Part shown: positions 18,426-28,107 of the stretch, piece by piece | Numbering within the stretch: position 1 is the first letter of the stretch | How the letters are laid out: every line of letters begins with the position of its first letter | Origin: Ferroacidibacillus organovorans | Lineage (GTDB): Bacteria > Bacillota > Bacilli > Alicyclobacillales > SLC66 | Reading direction: 5' to 3' | DNA length: 38,190 nt | Assembly (NCBI RefSeq): GCF_001642725.1 | Contig: NZ_LSUQ01000007.1 | Span: 62,001 to 100,190, forward strand | The notes under the pieces: generated by a model | The model's input: the letters and a program-made list of their open reading frames with translations, nothing else | Database searches by the model: none | Told to the model about the DNA's origin: nothing | Position numbers and translations under genes: made by a program

Positions 18426-18884
18426 ATGCAGTTAGAAGGCACGAAGGAATTTCCGACCAATCCTCAAGAGACGTATTCTTTAATGACCGATCCGGATGTG
18501 CTAGTAACTGCTATGCCCGGCCTCAAATCGCTGAAAAAAACGTCAGACTACCAATATGAAGCTCAAATTGAAGTCGGAGTTGCAGGCATCAAAGGCCAGT
18601 ATCAAGGTGTGCTTGAAATGAGGGATGTATTACCTGGTTCTGGTTACACGCTCGTCATAAGTGGCCAGGGGCCAACCGGATTTATGGAGGCCAGTGTCCA
18701 TGTTCGCTTCGAAGAAAATGCTAGTGAACAGCCTGGCTGCACCATGCATTATCGCGGTGACGCACACGTGGGGGGAACGGTTGCGGGCGTCGGGCAAAGG
18801 ATTCTCTCCGGAGTCGCCAAATTGTTGATCAACCAATTCTTCAAATCACTTGTGGCACAGGCGTCATCCATCGCTGCTCAGTGA
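18426..18884 (+). CDS. coxG: CoxG/SRPBCC family protein
   Basis: DPDVL..AMPG, GIKGQYQG, HVGGTVAGVGQR, NQFF; RBS GGGAGG. Confidence 0.85.
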   Translation: MQLEGTKEFPTNPQETYSLMTDPDVLVTAMPGLKSLKKTSDYQYEAQIEVGVAGIKGQYQGVLEMRDVLPGSGYTLVISGQGPTGFMEASVHVRFEENASEQPGCTMHYRGDAHVGGTVAGVGQRILSGVAKLLINQFFKSLVAQASSIAAQ

Positions 18885-19717
18885 GCGTAATCAAGAAGGA
18901 TGCTCTCGCTTCATTTGGCTATCTCGCGAGTGACTCGCTCACGCGGTCTGTGGAACTCTCTCACATACTCGATCGCCCGCTTTTACTAGAGGGACCGGCT
19001 GGAGTAGGAAAAACTGCGCTCGCCAGCGCAGTCGCGTCCGTCCTCGATCGCGATTTAATTCGCCTGCAGTGTTATGAAGGAATCGATGCGCATCAGGCAC
19101 TCTACGATTGGAATTATCACCTGCAGTGGGTTGATTTAACAAAAGGCGCGAGCGAAACCGTTTTTTCATCGCGGTACTTGATTGAGCGCCCATTATTGAA
19201 GGCGTTTACGACGGAACGCGGCGCTGTATTATTACTTGACGAAATCGACCGCGCAGACGAATCCTTTGAGGCGATGCTGCTTGAATACCTCGGCGAAAAG
19301 CAAATCACGATTCCTGAGTATCAAACGGTTAGACCCTTTATTTCGCCATTTATCCTGCTGACGTCAAATCGCACGCGTCCACTTTCTGACGCCCTGCGCA
19401 GACGTATTTTCTACCATCACATGGACTACCCAACGCGCGAAGAAGAGGCACGTATCCTGTTTGCACATGTTCCGAATGCAAAAGAAGAACTTCTCGATTT
19501 TGTCGGGACACGGCTGCGCGTATTTCGCAACTACCCACTAATAAAACTCCCCGGCACAGCGGAAGCGATCGATTGGACAAGAGCGCTCATCGCGCTCCAG
19601 GTGCAAAAACCGTGGGACGAATCTTTGATCATCAGTTCGCTTGGGTGTGTTTTAAAAGACGAGTACGATTGGAATTACGTTCTCGCCCGTATGCCTGAAT
19701 GGCTTAGCGATTCATGA
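18881..19717 (+). CDS. coxD: CoxD-like MoxR AAA+ ATPase
   Basis: PLLLEGPAGVGKT, RLQCYEG, LLLDEIDRAD, LTSNRTR.LSDALRRR. Confidence 0.88.
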   Translation: MSVIKKDALASFGYLASDSLTRSVELSHILDRPLLLEGPAGVGKTALASAVASVLDRDLIRLQCYEGIDAHQALYDWNYHLQWVDLTKGASETVFSSRYLIERPLLKAFTTERGAVLLLDEIDRADESFEAMLLEYLGEKQITIPEYQTVRPFISPFILLTSNRTRPLSDALRRRIFYHHMDYPTREEEARILFAHVPNAKEELLDFVGTRLRVFRNYPLIKLPGTAEAIDWTRALIALQVQKPWDESLIISSLGCVLKDEYDWNYVLARMPEWLSDS

Positions 19718-19768
19718 GAAGACACAGAGACGGAGGCGGCGCCTTCAAACCAACAAGGGGATGCGCGC

Positions 19769-20545
19769 GTGGGGGAGATAGCGCAAAAAGAGGTAGCGTC
19801 ACGTCTGCGTGATCGTATGGGGATGGATCCATCGGATCGCGCGGCGGATCTGCAGACCGTAAACGCCTTCTTTCCGCTCCTTCCTTTTTACTTGGGTACG
19901 CGCGCAGATCCGCGTGGAATGCCCCTTGGGAATCAGCATCTCGCATTAAACAAAATGGCGAAATACGTGGCAAAACGCGGTAGACACACAATGCCTTTTA
20001 AGCGCGAGCGTGCGCGGCGTACACCGACGCGCATGGTTATTTTGTGGGATGTGTCAGGCTCAATGATGAGTGACGTGGATCGCTATCTCCCGTGGATTGC
20101 GTCGCTCACTGCTATGCGCAGTCGCGTAGGCGTGTTCCTATTTTCAACGCGCCTCGTCGACGCGACGCGCGAGTTCAGACTTCCTTATACGGAGATGCGC
20201 ACGCGTTTACTGCAACTCACAGCACTGTGGTCTGGCGGAACCTTGCTCGGTGCAGCGCTTGAAACATGGCTTTTGCAGTATGCCACATCTTGGCTTGGCA
20301 ATGACACCACCGTATTCATTTTGAGCGACGGTTGGGATGTTGGCCCGCCTGAGAGGGTGGGGGATGCACTTCGCTCCATGTTTTCAGTCAGTCGACGTAT
20401 CTATTGGTTACACCCTTATCTGAATACGGAAGGTTTTTCTCCTGAGACGCGATCCCTTAAAATGGCACTGCCATTTTTACGCCGACTCCTTCCTTGTGAC
20501 ACGCAAGAAGCGCTCATGCACCTGGCGCGTGCGGTTGTCATCTAA
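19769..20545 (+). CDS. coxE: CoxE-like VWA-domain protein (short N-terminus)
   Basis: MIDAS motif DVSGSM, FSTRL, WSGGT.LG, ILSDGWD, WLHP. Confidence 0.82.
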   Translation: MGEIAQKEVASRLRDRMGMDPSDRAADLQTVNAFFPLLPFYLGTRADPRGMPLGNQHLALNKMAKYVAKRGRHTMPFKRERARRTPTRMVILWDVSGSMMSDVDRYLPWIASLTAMRSRVGVFLFSTRLVDATREFRLPYTEMRTRLLQLTALWSGGTLLGAALETWLLQYATSWLGNDTTVFILSDGWDVGPPERVGDALRSMFSVSRRIYWLHPYLNTEGFSPETRSLKMALPFLRRLLPCDTQEALMHLARAVVI

Positions 20546-20573
20546 CGATGTGTTGTGAGAGGAGCACGATTTT

Positions 20574-21389
20574 TTGAAACCAGCACCGTTTTCATACATT
20601 CGCGTTGCAACCGTCGAGGAAGCCGCGAACGCGTTATCCGAATACACGGACGCAAAACTTTTGGCGGGTGGTCAAAGTTTAATTCCACTCATGAACTATC
20701 GTCTAAGCAAACCGACGGTCTTAATCGATCTCTGCGGCATTGAGGCGTTTGCTTCCGTTTCCCTCAAAGATGATGTCTTCACAATCCGTGCGGGCATCAC
20801 ACATCAAAGCCTCCATGAGCACCCCCTTGTGCGAGCGTATGCGCCGGTACTCGCAGAGTGCGCTGGAGAAGTGGGGCACTGGGCGATTCGCAACCGCGGG
20901 ACACTGGGTGGCTCTCTCGCACACGCCGACCCAGCATCTGAGTTGCCAGCCGCCATGGTTGCGCTTGACGCGCGCTTTGTCCTTACGAGCGTACGCGGAG
21001 AACGTACCGTCACCGCGCGCGACTTCTATCTCGGGCTCTTTACCACAGATCTCGCAGAAGATGAAATTCTGACGCGCATCCACTTTTTTGCAAGCTCGGC
21101 AAACCGCATTCACTTTGCAGAAATTGCTCGACGGCCGGGAGACTTTGCGCTTTCCGGAGCTTTTGTTCGCGTTGAGGAATCGGCGACAGAAATCACCTGG
21201 TTTGGTGTATCTGATATGCCGTACCATCTGACACTCGACGCCCTGCCCGTCGAGGAAAAAGCGCGACAAGCGCTCTTCACATCGCTTGCAAGCACACTTG
21301 AGCCACTTGATCAAACCGTGTATCGCAGAAAGTTGGCGGCCGTCGTTGCCGAACGCGCTTATTTGAAAGGGAGGCGTGTACAGGCGTGA
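20574..21389 (+). CDS. Molybdenum hydroxylase FAD-binding subunit (CoxM/CutM-like)
   Basis: MKPAPFSY, LAGGQSLIP, IRNRGTLGGS.AHADP, RRPGDFA. Confidence 0.92.
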   Translation: MKPAPFSYIRVATVEEAANALSEYTDAKLLAGGQSLIPLMNYRLSKPTVLIDLCGIEAFASVSLKDDVFTIRAGITHQSLHEHPLVRAYAPVLAECAGEVGHWAIRNRGTLGGSLAHADPASELPAAMVALDARFVLTSVRGERTVTARDFYLGLFTTDLAEDEILTRIHFFASSANRIHFAEIARRPGDFALSGAFVRVEESATEITWFGVSDMPYHLTLDALPVEEKARQALFTSLASTLEPLDQTVYRRKLAAVVAERAYLKGRRVQA

Positions 21390-21868
21390 AAACCATTCAA
21401 GCAACTCAATCCATCACATTGAATATCAACGGTCAAACACATTCACTCGATGTCGAGCCGCGTTTTTTACTCTCTGATGTTCTGCGCCATAAACTCGGCT
21501 TAACAGGGACACATGTCGGGTGTGAACACGGTGTATGCGGTGCGTGCACCGTGCTTGTTGACGGCAAGCCAGAACGGAGTTGTCTCGTATTTGCCATACA
21601 GGCAGAAGGTTCATCCGTTGAAACGATCGAGGGATTATCGGCAGACGGTATGACTCGGTTGCAGCGTGCCTTTCAAGAGCACCACGCACTCCAGTGCGGT
21701 TTTTGCACACCGGCCTTTCTCCTTACCGCAACAGCGCTCTTGAAACAGACGAAAGATCCAACAGAACAAGATATTCGCGAAGCGATCTCAGGAAACATCT
21801 GTCGTTGCACAGGTTATCAGTTTATTGTTGACGCCATTCTCGCTGCGGCAAAGGGGGAAGAAGCGTGA
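21386..21868 (+). CDS. Molybdenum hydroxylase 2x[2Fe-2S] subunit (CoxS/CutS-like)
   Basis: GCEHGVCGACTV...SC, QCGFCTP, GNICRCTGY. Confidence 0.95.
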   Translation: MKTIQATQSITLNINGQTHSLDVEPRFLLSDVLRHKLGLTGTHVGCEHGVCGACTVLVDGKPERSCLVFAIQAEGSSVETIEGLSADGMTRLQRAFQEHHALQCGFCTPAFLLTATALLKQTKDPTEQDIREAISGNICRCTGYQFIVDAILAAAKGEEA

Positions 21869-24225
21869 GCGATGCGCTGCATCACCTTCAGAAAAACGCG
21901 CTGAAACCAAAATATACGGGCGCGCGCGTCACGCGCAAAGAAGACGCGCGTCTGCTTACTGGCGCGAGCCGCTATCTGGATGACATCGAAATTCCTGGGA
22001 TGTATGAAATCGCCTTTGTTCGCTCCCAACGCAGTGCCGCGCGCATTTGCGCCATTCACCTAGACGCGGCGCAAGCCACTCCCGGTGTTAAACGCATCCT
22101 GACGGCAAAAGAATGTCCCTGTTTTTTTGGCAGTGCAGAAGATGTAGCAAACGGTGTCGTACAACCGGCGCTTGCACGCGATGTCGTGCGCTATGTGGGG
22201 GAACCGATTGTCGCGATCATCGCAGAGACCCGTTATGCTGCAGAAGACGCCGTAGAGCGTGTACAGATCGACTACGAGCCACTGCAACCCGTCCTCGCGA
22301 TGCGCGAATCCCTGCTTGATCAACCACGCCGCGTGCACGAGAAGACGCCCAATCGCATGTTTCACAGTGAGTACCAGACAAGCGGCTTTGAGGACGCGTT
22401 TCAAGCGGCACCGCACCATCTGGTCGAAGTGTTTCAAACCCATCGCCAGACGGGCGTACCGCTTGAGACGCGCGGACTCGCCGCGACAATCGATCCAGGA
22501 TCGGGACGCTTGACAATCTATGCGACCCATCAGTCTCCACACGGTTTGCGCGGTGACATGGCTGTAGCGCTTGGCATCGAAGAAAATGAGTTGCGCGTCA
22601 TCGTCCCTGAGGTGGGAGGCGCGTTTGGCATCAAGGCGCACGCGTATCCGGAATACCTGGTCGTTGCGTATGCCGCACTTAAATACAAACTCCCCGTAAA
22701 GTGGATCAGTGATCGAACGGAGTGTCTCTTGACTGACGTTCACGCGCGCGATGACATCCACGAAGTAGAGGTCGCTTTTGAGGGGAATGGTCGCATTCTT
22801 GCGATTCGCGATCATTTGCGCGCTGACGCAGGCGCTTATTCCGCGTTTCCGTTTTGCGGTGCGATCGGTGAAACGGTGCTCGCGTCACGCGTTTTGACAG
22901 GTCCGTACACGATCCCTCATCTGGCGACGACCATCGATTGCACCTACTCCAACAAAACGCCGCTTGGCGCGTATCGCGGTGTGTGGGGACCCATCGCCTC
23001 TTTTGTGCAAGAGGGTATCGTCGATCGCGTGGCGCGCGCGCTGCACCTTGATCCGGTGGAAGTGCGACGCGTCAACATGATCCCAGATGAACTCTTCCCC
23101 TATACAAACGCCGCAGGGCAGGCTTATGATCGGGGGTCTTATCGCGCATCCCTGGAAAAGGCGCTCGAGATGCTTAACTATGACGAGTTACGCGCACAGC
23201 AAAAGACACTACGCGATCACGGCAAGTATATCGGTATCGGCATCTCTGCGTTTGTCGAGCCGACCGCTATGGCGCAATCCGAGGCGGGCTCCGTTCCGTA
23301 CGAGTCAGCAACCATTCGCATCGAGCCAAATGGATCTGTTACGGCAGCGTTTGGGCTCGGACCTTCGGGACAAGGGCACGAAACCACCATGGCGCAACTG
23401 ATTGCCGATGAGCTTGGGGTTGATCTAAAGGATATTGTTGTTTTGCACGGAGACACAGACAGCGCGCCATTTGGTGGCGGAACAGGCGGAAGTCGCTCCG
23501 GACCAATCGGTGGTGGGGCGGCGCTCAAGGCCGGGCGCGCAATGAAAGAAAAGTTACAAACACTTGCCTCACATTTGCTTGAGGCTGCGAAAGAAGATGT
23601 TCAGTTAGAAGACGGAAAAGCGTTCGTTGCAGGCGTACCGACGCGAAATTTTTCGATTCGTGAACTCGCCCAAGTAGCGTACACGGATGTCTTGCGCCTG
23701 CCAGAAGACTTTCCCGTCGGGCTTGAGGTGGTGGCGCGCTATCAACCAAAACGCCCCGTCACGTTTTCAAACGGAACGCACATCGCGGTCGTTGAAGTCG
23801 ACGCACAGACAGGAATGATCGAGGTGCTCGACTATGTCGTTGTCAATGATTGTGGACGTCTCATCAACCCGCTCATCGTAGAAGGGCAAATTCAAGGCGG
23901 CGTCGCACAGGGACTCGGAAGCGCCTATCTTGAGGAATTGCGCTACGATGACCAAGGTCAAGTCACGACGACGACGCTCGCTGACTATCTGTTGCCTGTC
24001 GCGACGGAAGTTCCGCGCATGCGAATTGCTCACCTCGAAACGCCGTCGAGCGGCGAAGGTGGATTTAAAGGCATGGGGGAAGGGTCGCTCATCGCATCCC
24101 CCGCCGCGTTTGCAAACGCAGTGAGTGACGCGCTCGAACCGTTCGCGTTTATGGTTTCGGCACTGCCCGTCACACCAGATCAGATTCTCGCAGCGATCGA
24201 TCGCAGCAGAGACTCCATGGCGTGA
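21865..24225 (+). CDS. Xanthine dehydrogenase family molybdopterin subunit (CoxL-like; not form I CODH)
   Basis: RKEDARLLTG, VGGAFGIK, AYRGVWG, GQGHETT, GGSRS, GQIQGG, KGMGE. Confidence 0.92.
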   Translation: MSDALHHLQKNALKPKYTGARVTRKEDARLLTGASRYLDDIEIPGMYEIAFVRSQRSAARICAIHLDAAQATPGVKRILTAKECPCFFGSAEDVANGVVQPALARDVVRYVGEPIVAIIAETRYAAEDAVERVQIDYEPLQPVLAMRESLLDQPRRVHEKTPNRMFHSEYQTSGFEDAFQAAPHHLVEVFQTHRQTGVPLETRGLAATIDPGSGRLTIYATHQSPHGLRGDMAVALGIEENELRVIVPEVGGAFGIKAHAYPEYLVVAYAALKYKLPVKWISDRTECLLTDVHARDDIHEVEVAFEGNGRILAIRDHLRADAGAYSAFPFCGAIGETVLASRVLTGPYTIPHLATTIDCTYSNKTPLGAYRGVWGPIASFVQEGIVDRVARALHLDPVEVRRVNMIPDELFPYTNAAGQAYDRGSYRASLEKALEMLNYDELRAQQKTLRDHGKYIGIGISAFVEPTAMAQSEAGSVPYESATIRIEPNGSVTAAFGLGPSGQGHETTMAQLIADELGVDLKDIVVLHGDTDSAPFGGGTGGSRSGPIGGGAALKAGRAMKEKLQTLASHLLEAAKEDVQLEDGKAFVAGVPTRNFSIRELAQVAYTDVLRLPEDFPVGLEVVARYQPKRPVTFSNGTHIAVVEVDAQTGMIEVLDYVVVNDCGRLINPLIVEGQIQGGVAQGLGSAYLEELRYDDQGQVTTTTLADYLLPVATEVPRMRIAHLETPSSGEGGFKGMGEGSLIASPAAFANAVSDALEPFAFMVSALPVTPDQILAAIDRSRDSMA

Positions 24226-24267
24226 GCGCAGCGTTTTTGGCACTCGTTTTTTTAAAGGAGATGTAGC

Positions 24268-24603
24268 GTGTCAGACACAGGGACGGACGCACATTTGCAA
24301 GACGTGCAAAACGCACTCTTGCGCGCGAAGGACGCATATGCGATCATGCAACAAAGTGACTTCGACGATGCAGGTGAGAGCGCTGATCACTTTCAGATGT
24401 CGTTCTATCAGTTGATTGACGCGCTGCACGCGTGGTATGAATCAACGACGCACCGCCAGGTCGAATCACAAACGGCATTAAGCATCAAAGAAATTGCAGA
24501 CGTTTTCAATCAATTGCCAGATCCGTTAAAACTTCCGTTTGAGACGGAGATGGAACTCATGGTGGAGGGCTACACACGCAATGCGGATTCAACGCAACAA
24601 TGA
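24268..24603 (+). CDS. Hypothetical acidic protein
   Basis: 111-aa ORF, GTG start after RBS AAAGGAG; no motif recognised. Confidence 0.7.
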   Translation: MSDTGTDAHLQDVQNALLRAKDAYAIMQQSDFDDAGESADHFQMSFYQLIDALHAWYESTTHRQVESQTALSIKEIADVFNQLPDPLKLPFETEMELMVEGYTRNADSTQQ

Positions 24604-25420
24604 TTTTCGTCGATCTGTCACTCTCTTCCTGCGCGTAGGCGGTCTCCTCTTAGGCGCTTGGGTCGCGCTCGCTCCAATGTTTAGCGGTCACACAGTACAC
24701 GCCAGTGTGGCAAAGCGAGATACGAACGACCCTGCGATGCGTGTGATGATCGTTGGTTCTTCCGTTGCGGATGGATGGAAAGACACGGGCGGGGGGTACT
24801 TGTGGCGCACATTTGATCGGTTGCATCACAGTTTTTCTTTGCCGATCGATTGGATCAATCGTGCAGTTCCAGGCGCACCCGCGACAAGTCTGCAATCGCA
24901 GTACACTGGCTGGCTTGACAGTGCGCGCCCCCAGGTTGTCGTCTTGGCTTGGGGAGGGCTTGACGACGCGCACGCCGGTACGCCCGTCCCACTTTTTGCG
25001 TCACTGATCCACAATCAGATCGCAGACGCGCTGCGCCGCGGCTCAGCCGTCTTCATGGTGACAACGCCGATTTCGCGCGCGTCTTATACGCAGTATCCCG
25101 TGCTCCAACAAGCCTATATGACCGCCGAGGTCAATGTTGCCAAGTCGTTTGCCAGCCCGCGCGTCTTTGTCTTTAACGTGTTCGACCAGATGAAGCAGTA
25201 TCTCTTGATCCACCATCTGACATATGTGCCATTTATGGCAGACGGTTGGCATCCCAACACGGCAGGACATAAACTCGCCGCTTCAATTCTACTGCGCGAC
25301 ATCTTTCACAACCATCGTTTGCGCATGCTCTTTTCCCAATGGGATGGATCCCTGGCACCACTTGACGCATACCACCCTCACGGAAATCTGCCAGCACCGC
25401 CAACGAATCCCGGGAGTTGA
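24581..25420 (+). CDS. Secreted SGNH/GDSL-family hydrolase
   Basis: Signal-like N-terminus; IVGSSVADG, NRAVPG, GGLDD, DGWHPN..GH. Confidence 0.8.
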   Translation: MRIQRNNDFRRSVTLFLRVGGLLLGAWVALAPMFSGHTVHASVAKRDTNDPAMRVMIVGSSVADGWKDTGGGYLWRTFDRLHHSFSLPIDWINRAVPGAPATSLQSQYTGWLDSARPQVVVLAWGGLDDAHAGTPVPLFASLIHNQIADALRRGSAVFMVTTPISRASYTQYPVLQQAYMTAEVNVAKSFASPRVFVFNVFDQMKQYLLIHHLTYVPFMADGWHPNTAGHKLAASILLRDIFHNHRLRMLFSQWDGSLAPLDAYHPHGNLPAPPTNPGS

Positions 25421-25426
25421 CGCAAA

Positions 25427-25747
25427 ATGCGCGCCGTAGTCATCGTTGAAGGGAAAAAAGATCGCGAGCGCATCCTTCCGCTTCTTCGCGAAGATATTGA
25501 TGTGCTGTGTACCTTTGGCATTCCAACCCATCAGCGGGTGATGGAGATTCACGCGCGCGTGCAAAACGATGAGCTCTTCGTGTTTACGGATTCGGATGAT
25601 GTCGGCAAGCGCATTCGCGGAATGCTCGCAGAAGAGTTTCCAGAGGCGATCCATCTTCACACAAAGCGCGAGTATGACGGTGTCGAACATACGCCGCCTG
25701 AATTTCTTTTTCAACTTTTCGAAAAACATGAGATCGCAAAAACGTAA
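25427..25747 (+). CDS. Stand-alone Toprim-domain protein (YusF/RNase M5-like)
   Basis: VIVEGKKD, FTDSDDVGKRIR, GVE. Confidence 0.85.
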   Translation: MRAVVIVEGKKDRERILPLLREDIDVLCTFGIPTHQRVMEIHARVQNDELFVFTDSDDVGKRIRGMLAEEFPEAIHLHTKREYDGVEHTPPEFLFQLFEKHEIAKT

Positions 25748-25807
25748 AAGCGACACTCGCCATGCGTTCTGCTCGCGGCATGAGGACAACCAAAGATTGC
25801 GTAGAGT

Positions 25808-26506
25808 ATGTCGTACGCAGCCGCAGAAAGGTGGTCTAGCATGCAGCCGACAAAACGCAGAACGCGCCGCCGATCGCCTCAGCGAGCCAAAACGCGTTTG
25901 CCAAACCGCAAGCAAATCGACGCAGGAGTCGGGCCGGACCACCCGATAGATGATACACCAACCGTTACCTTTCTCGCTCGACCGTTTCACCCTATGCGCG
26001 ACAGTGAACGCGTAGGCCATTATCACGTCGAGTTGATGAACGTGCAAAAAAAATTGTGGTCTGAACTCGCCGAGGGAAATGGTGCAAAAGGAGAACGCCA
26101 AGGCGCTCTCAGCCGCAGTTCACCTGCGCAAGAAGGCCAGATGTGGGCGCGACAGATCGCCCAGCTGACCGGACGTGGAGAAGCGCATGTGCTGATGCTT
26201 GAGACAACAGATCACCAAACGGTGGGTTACGCGTTTGTGGCTGAATCGCCAGATCCACTCACCAATGAGCGCATGGGTGTTGTCGGCGAGCTGTTTGTCG
26301 AAGAGGCTTGGCGCAAAAAAGGGGTAGGCAGTCACGCGCTACGCGCCGCTGAGCGTTGGCTCGCAACGCGCGGAATTCATGCAGTTCAGATCTTTGTCAC
26401 GCGCACAAACGTCCCAGCCGTCGATTTGTACCAAAAAAATGGGTATTCAACCTATGATTACCGCATGGTGAAGCAACTCGACTCGCGTGTACCCGACGCA
26501 CGTTGA
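25808..26506 (+). CDS. GNAT-family N-acetyltransferase (start uncertain)
   Basis: LFVEEAWRKKGVG acetyl-CoA motif; N.PAVDLYQKNGY. Confidence 0.8.
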   Translation: MSYAAAERWSSMQPTKRRTRRRSPQRAKTRLPNRKQIDAGVGPDHPIDDTPTVTFLARPFHPMRDSERVGHYHVELMNVQKKLWSELAEGNGAKGERQGALSRSSPAQEGQMWARQIAQLTGRGEAHVLMLETTDHQTVGYAFVAESPDPLTNERMGVVGELFVEEAWRKKGVGSHALRAAERWLATRGIHAVQIFVTRTNVPAVDLYQKNGYSTYDYRMVKQLDSRVPDAR

Positions 26507-26510
26507 AACA

Positions 26511-27134
26511 TTAAATGATCCCTTCACCGTGTGCGGCGCGCAGAACAGCCGAGACCGGAACAGAGATGATCAAATCATTGGCCGGATGGTCAAAACCGAC
26601 AAGGCGAGACGTTCCGAACGTCTTATCAATGGCAAGCTCGTCCTGTTTTGTATTGGTGTAAACGCCGTAGGTCGAACCTTCGCGCGCAATGGCTCCGAGT
26701 AACAGGGATGTTGGAATCGGTATGTGATCGATGCTGCCGTGAACGGAGCGCAGTACAAATTGTCCGTTCACGACATTCGGCTGACCGTAAATATCAACAG
26801 ACAACGTGATCCCAAGGCTCGTGATGGGGTGCACGTTCACGTGCACATGGACATCTTGTCCGCGCATGTCCATTTGAAGGTTTGGCGTCGAACGCCAAGC
26901 CAGAAATCGCTCAAGCGGAAAATACAATTCAACGCGATTCGAAGAATTGACCTGCGGTGTATTCACAGCGATGGTGGTCTGTTGACTCGCGGTCTCAAGA
27001 TACCGGGCAAATAAAACGACGCAAAGCGATAACGCGACGAGCGTTCCTGTCGCACCGAGAATGACTCCTTTTACAAAACCGCGCAGGCGGGGGGCTTCAT
27101 GGGATTTATTCACACGCATTTTCCTCCGATTCAT
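26511..27134 (-). CDS. Hypothetical membrane-anchored protein
   Basis: Basic N-terminus, one TM helix, then a beta-rich domain; fills the gap between GNAT and rluA. Confidence 0.7.
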   Translation of the reverse strand: MNRRKMRVNKSHEAPRLRGFVKGVILGATGTLVALSLCVVLFARYLETASQQTTIAVNTPQVNSSNRVELYFPLERFLAWRSTPNLQMDMRGQDVHVHVNVHPITSLGITLSVDIYGQPNVVNGQFVLRSVHGSIDHIPIPTSLLLGAIAREGSTYGVYTNTKQDELAIDKTFGTSRLVGFDHPANDLIISVPVSAVLRAAHGEGII

Positions 27135-27192
27135 TCGGACAGTGATACCATCAATATATACGGAATAGGACGAGACATGCCTTGATCACGCG

Positions 27193-28086
27193 ATGAAACT
27201 GTTTGAACACACCGTCATGGAAAACGAAGCAGGTCGCATGGTGCAATCGTTTCTTACAGGTCTTCAATTGCGCAAGCGCGCACGCCGCGAGATCCTTTCA
27301 GGTGGCGGCCTCACACGAAATGGGCTCCCTGTTTTTCTCACATCACGCGTGGAAGTGGGTGACCACATTGAGCTTTACGCGCGCGAGTCAACCTTTTGGA
27401 TGGCACCGGAACCCGGTGAGATCCGCGTTCTCTTTGAGGATGAACACCTGCTTGTCATCGACAAAGCGGCAGGACAATTGGTTCATCCGTCTCCCGGCGA
27501 ACGCACAGGGAGCGTCATGGGAAACGTCGTCGATCATCTGCGGTGTGAACCGACTGCTCATCCACGCCTGGTTCACCGCCTCGATCGAGAGACATCAGGC
27601 ACACTTCTTCTCTCAAAGCACCGTGTCGCACACGATGCGCTTGTACGCACGCTTCGCGCGGGGGAAATCAAGCGAATCTACCAGGCGCTTAGTCACGGTC
27701 AGTTGCCGCCATCCTTCACGATTGATGCGGCGATTGAGGAGGTGCAGAATGCCCTGCAACGAATTGTTGGAAGCGCTGGAAAGCGTGCCGTCACGCACGG
27801 CGTGTCACTGTCGGTGAGCAAAGACAGAACCTTGTCCCTCCTAACGCTTAAACTTGAAACGGGGCGCACACACCAAATCCGCGCGCACCTCGCCTATTTG
27901 GGTCATCCCATACTTGGCGATATACTGTATGGTAGAGAAGATGATCGTACGCGTTTCAACCTGACTCGGCATGCACTGCACGCGAGTGAACTTTGCTTTC
28001 GCCATCCGATCGACTCCCGGAAGATTTGTGTTAGTGCGCCATTTCCGGACGAGCTACAAGCCATATTGAGCAACCATTTGCAGTGA
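27193..28086 (+). CDS. RluA-family pseudouridine synthase
   Basis: K.AG..VHP, HRLDRETSG, LETGRTHQIR.H, GD.LYG, LHA. Confidence 0.94.
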   Translation: MKLFEHTVMENEAGRMVQSFLTGLQLRKRARREILSGGGLTRNGLPVFLTSRVEVGDHIELYARESTFWMAPEPGEIRVLFEDEHLLVIDKAAGQLVHPSPGERTGSVMGNVVDHLRCEPTAHPRLVHRLDRETSGTLLLSKHRVAHDALVRTLRAGEIKRIYQALSHGQLPPSFTIDAAIEEVQNALQRIVGSAGKRAVTHGVSLSVSKDRTLSLLTLKLETGRTHQIRAHLAYLGHPILGDILYGREDDRTRFNLTRHALHASELCFRHPIDSRKICVSAPFPDELQAILSNHLQ

Positions 28087-28107
28087 AGTGAGGACAGGAG
28101 GTGTCCA

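Noticed and set aside
21865..24225. True aerobic CO dehydrogenase (CoxL form I)
   Set aside because: Lacks AYXCSFR and the Cu-ligating Cys.
25427..25747. Toprim protein as part of an OLD/Gabija-type defence system
   Set aside because: No partner ATPase or helicase nearby; size and motifs fit the common YusF-like stand-alone family.
25289..26101. Long antisense ORFs (this 270-aa one; also 4604-5314, 20721-21404, 22060-22815, 35515-36186)
   Set aside because: They shadow well-supported genes on the other strand and have no recognisable motifs.
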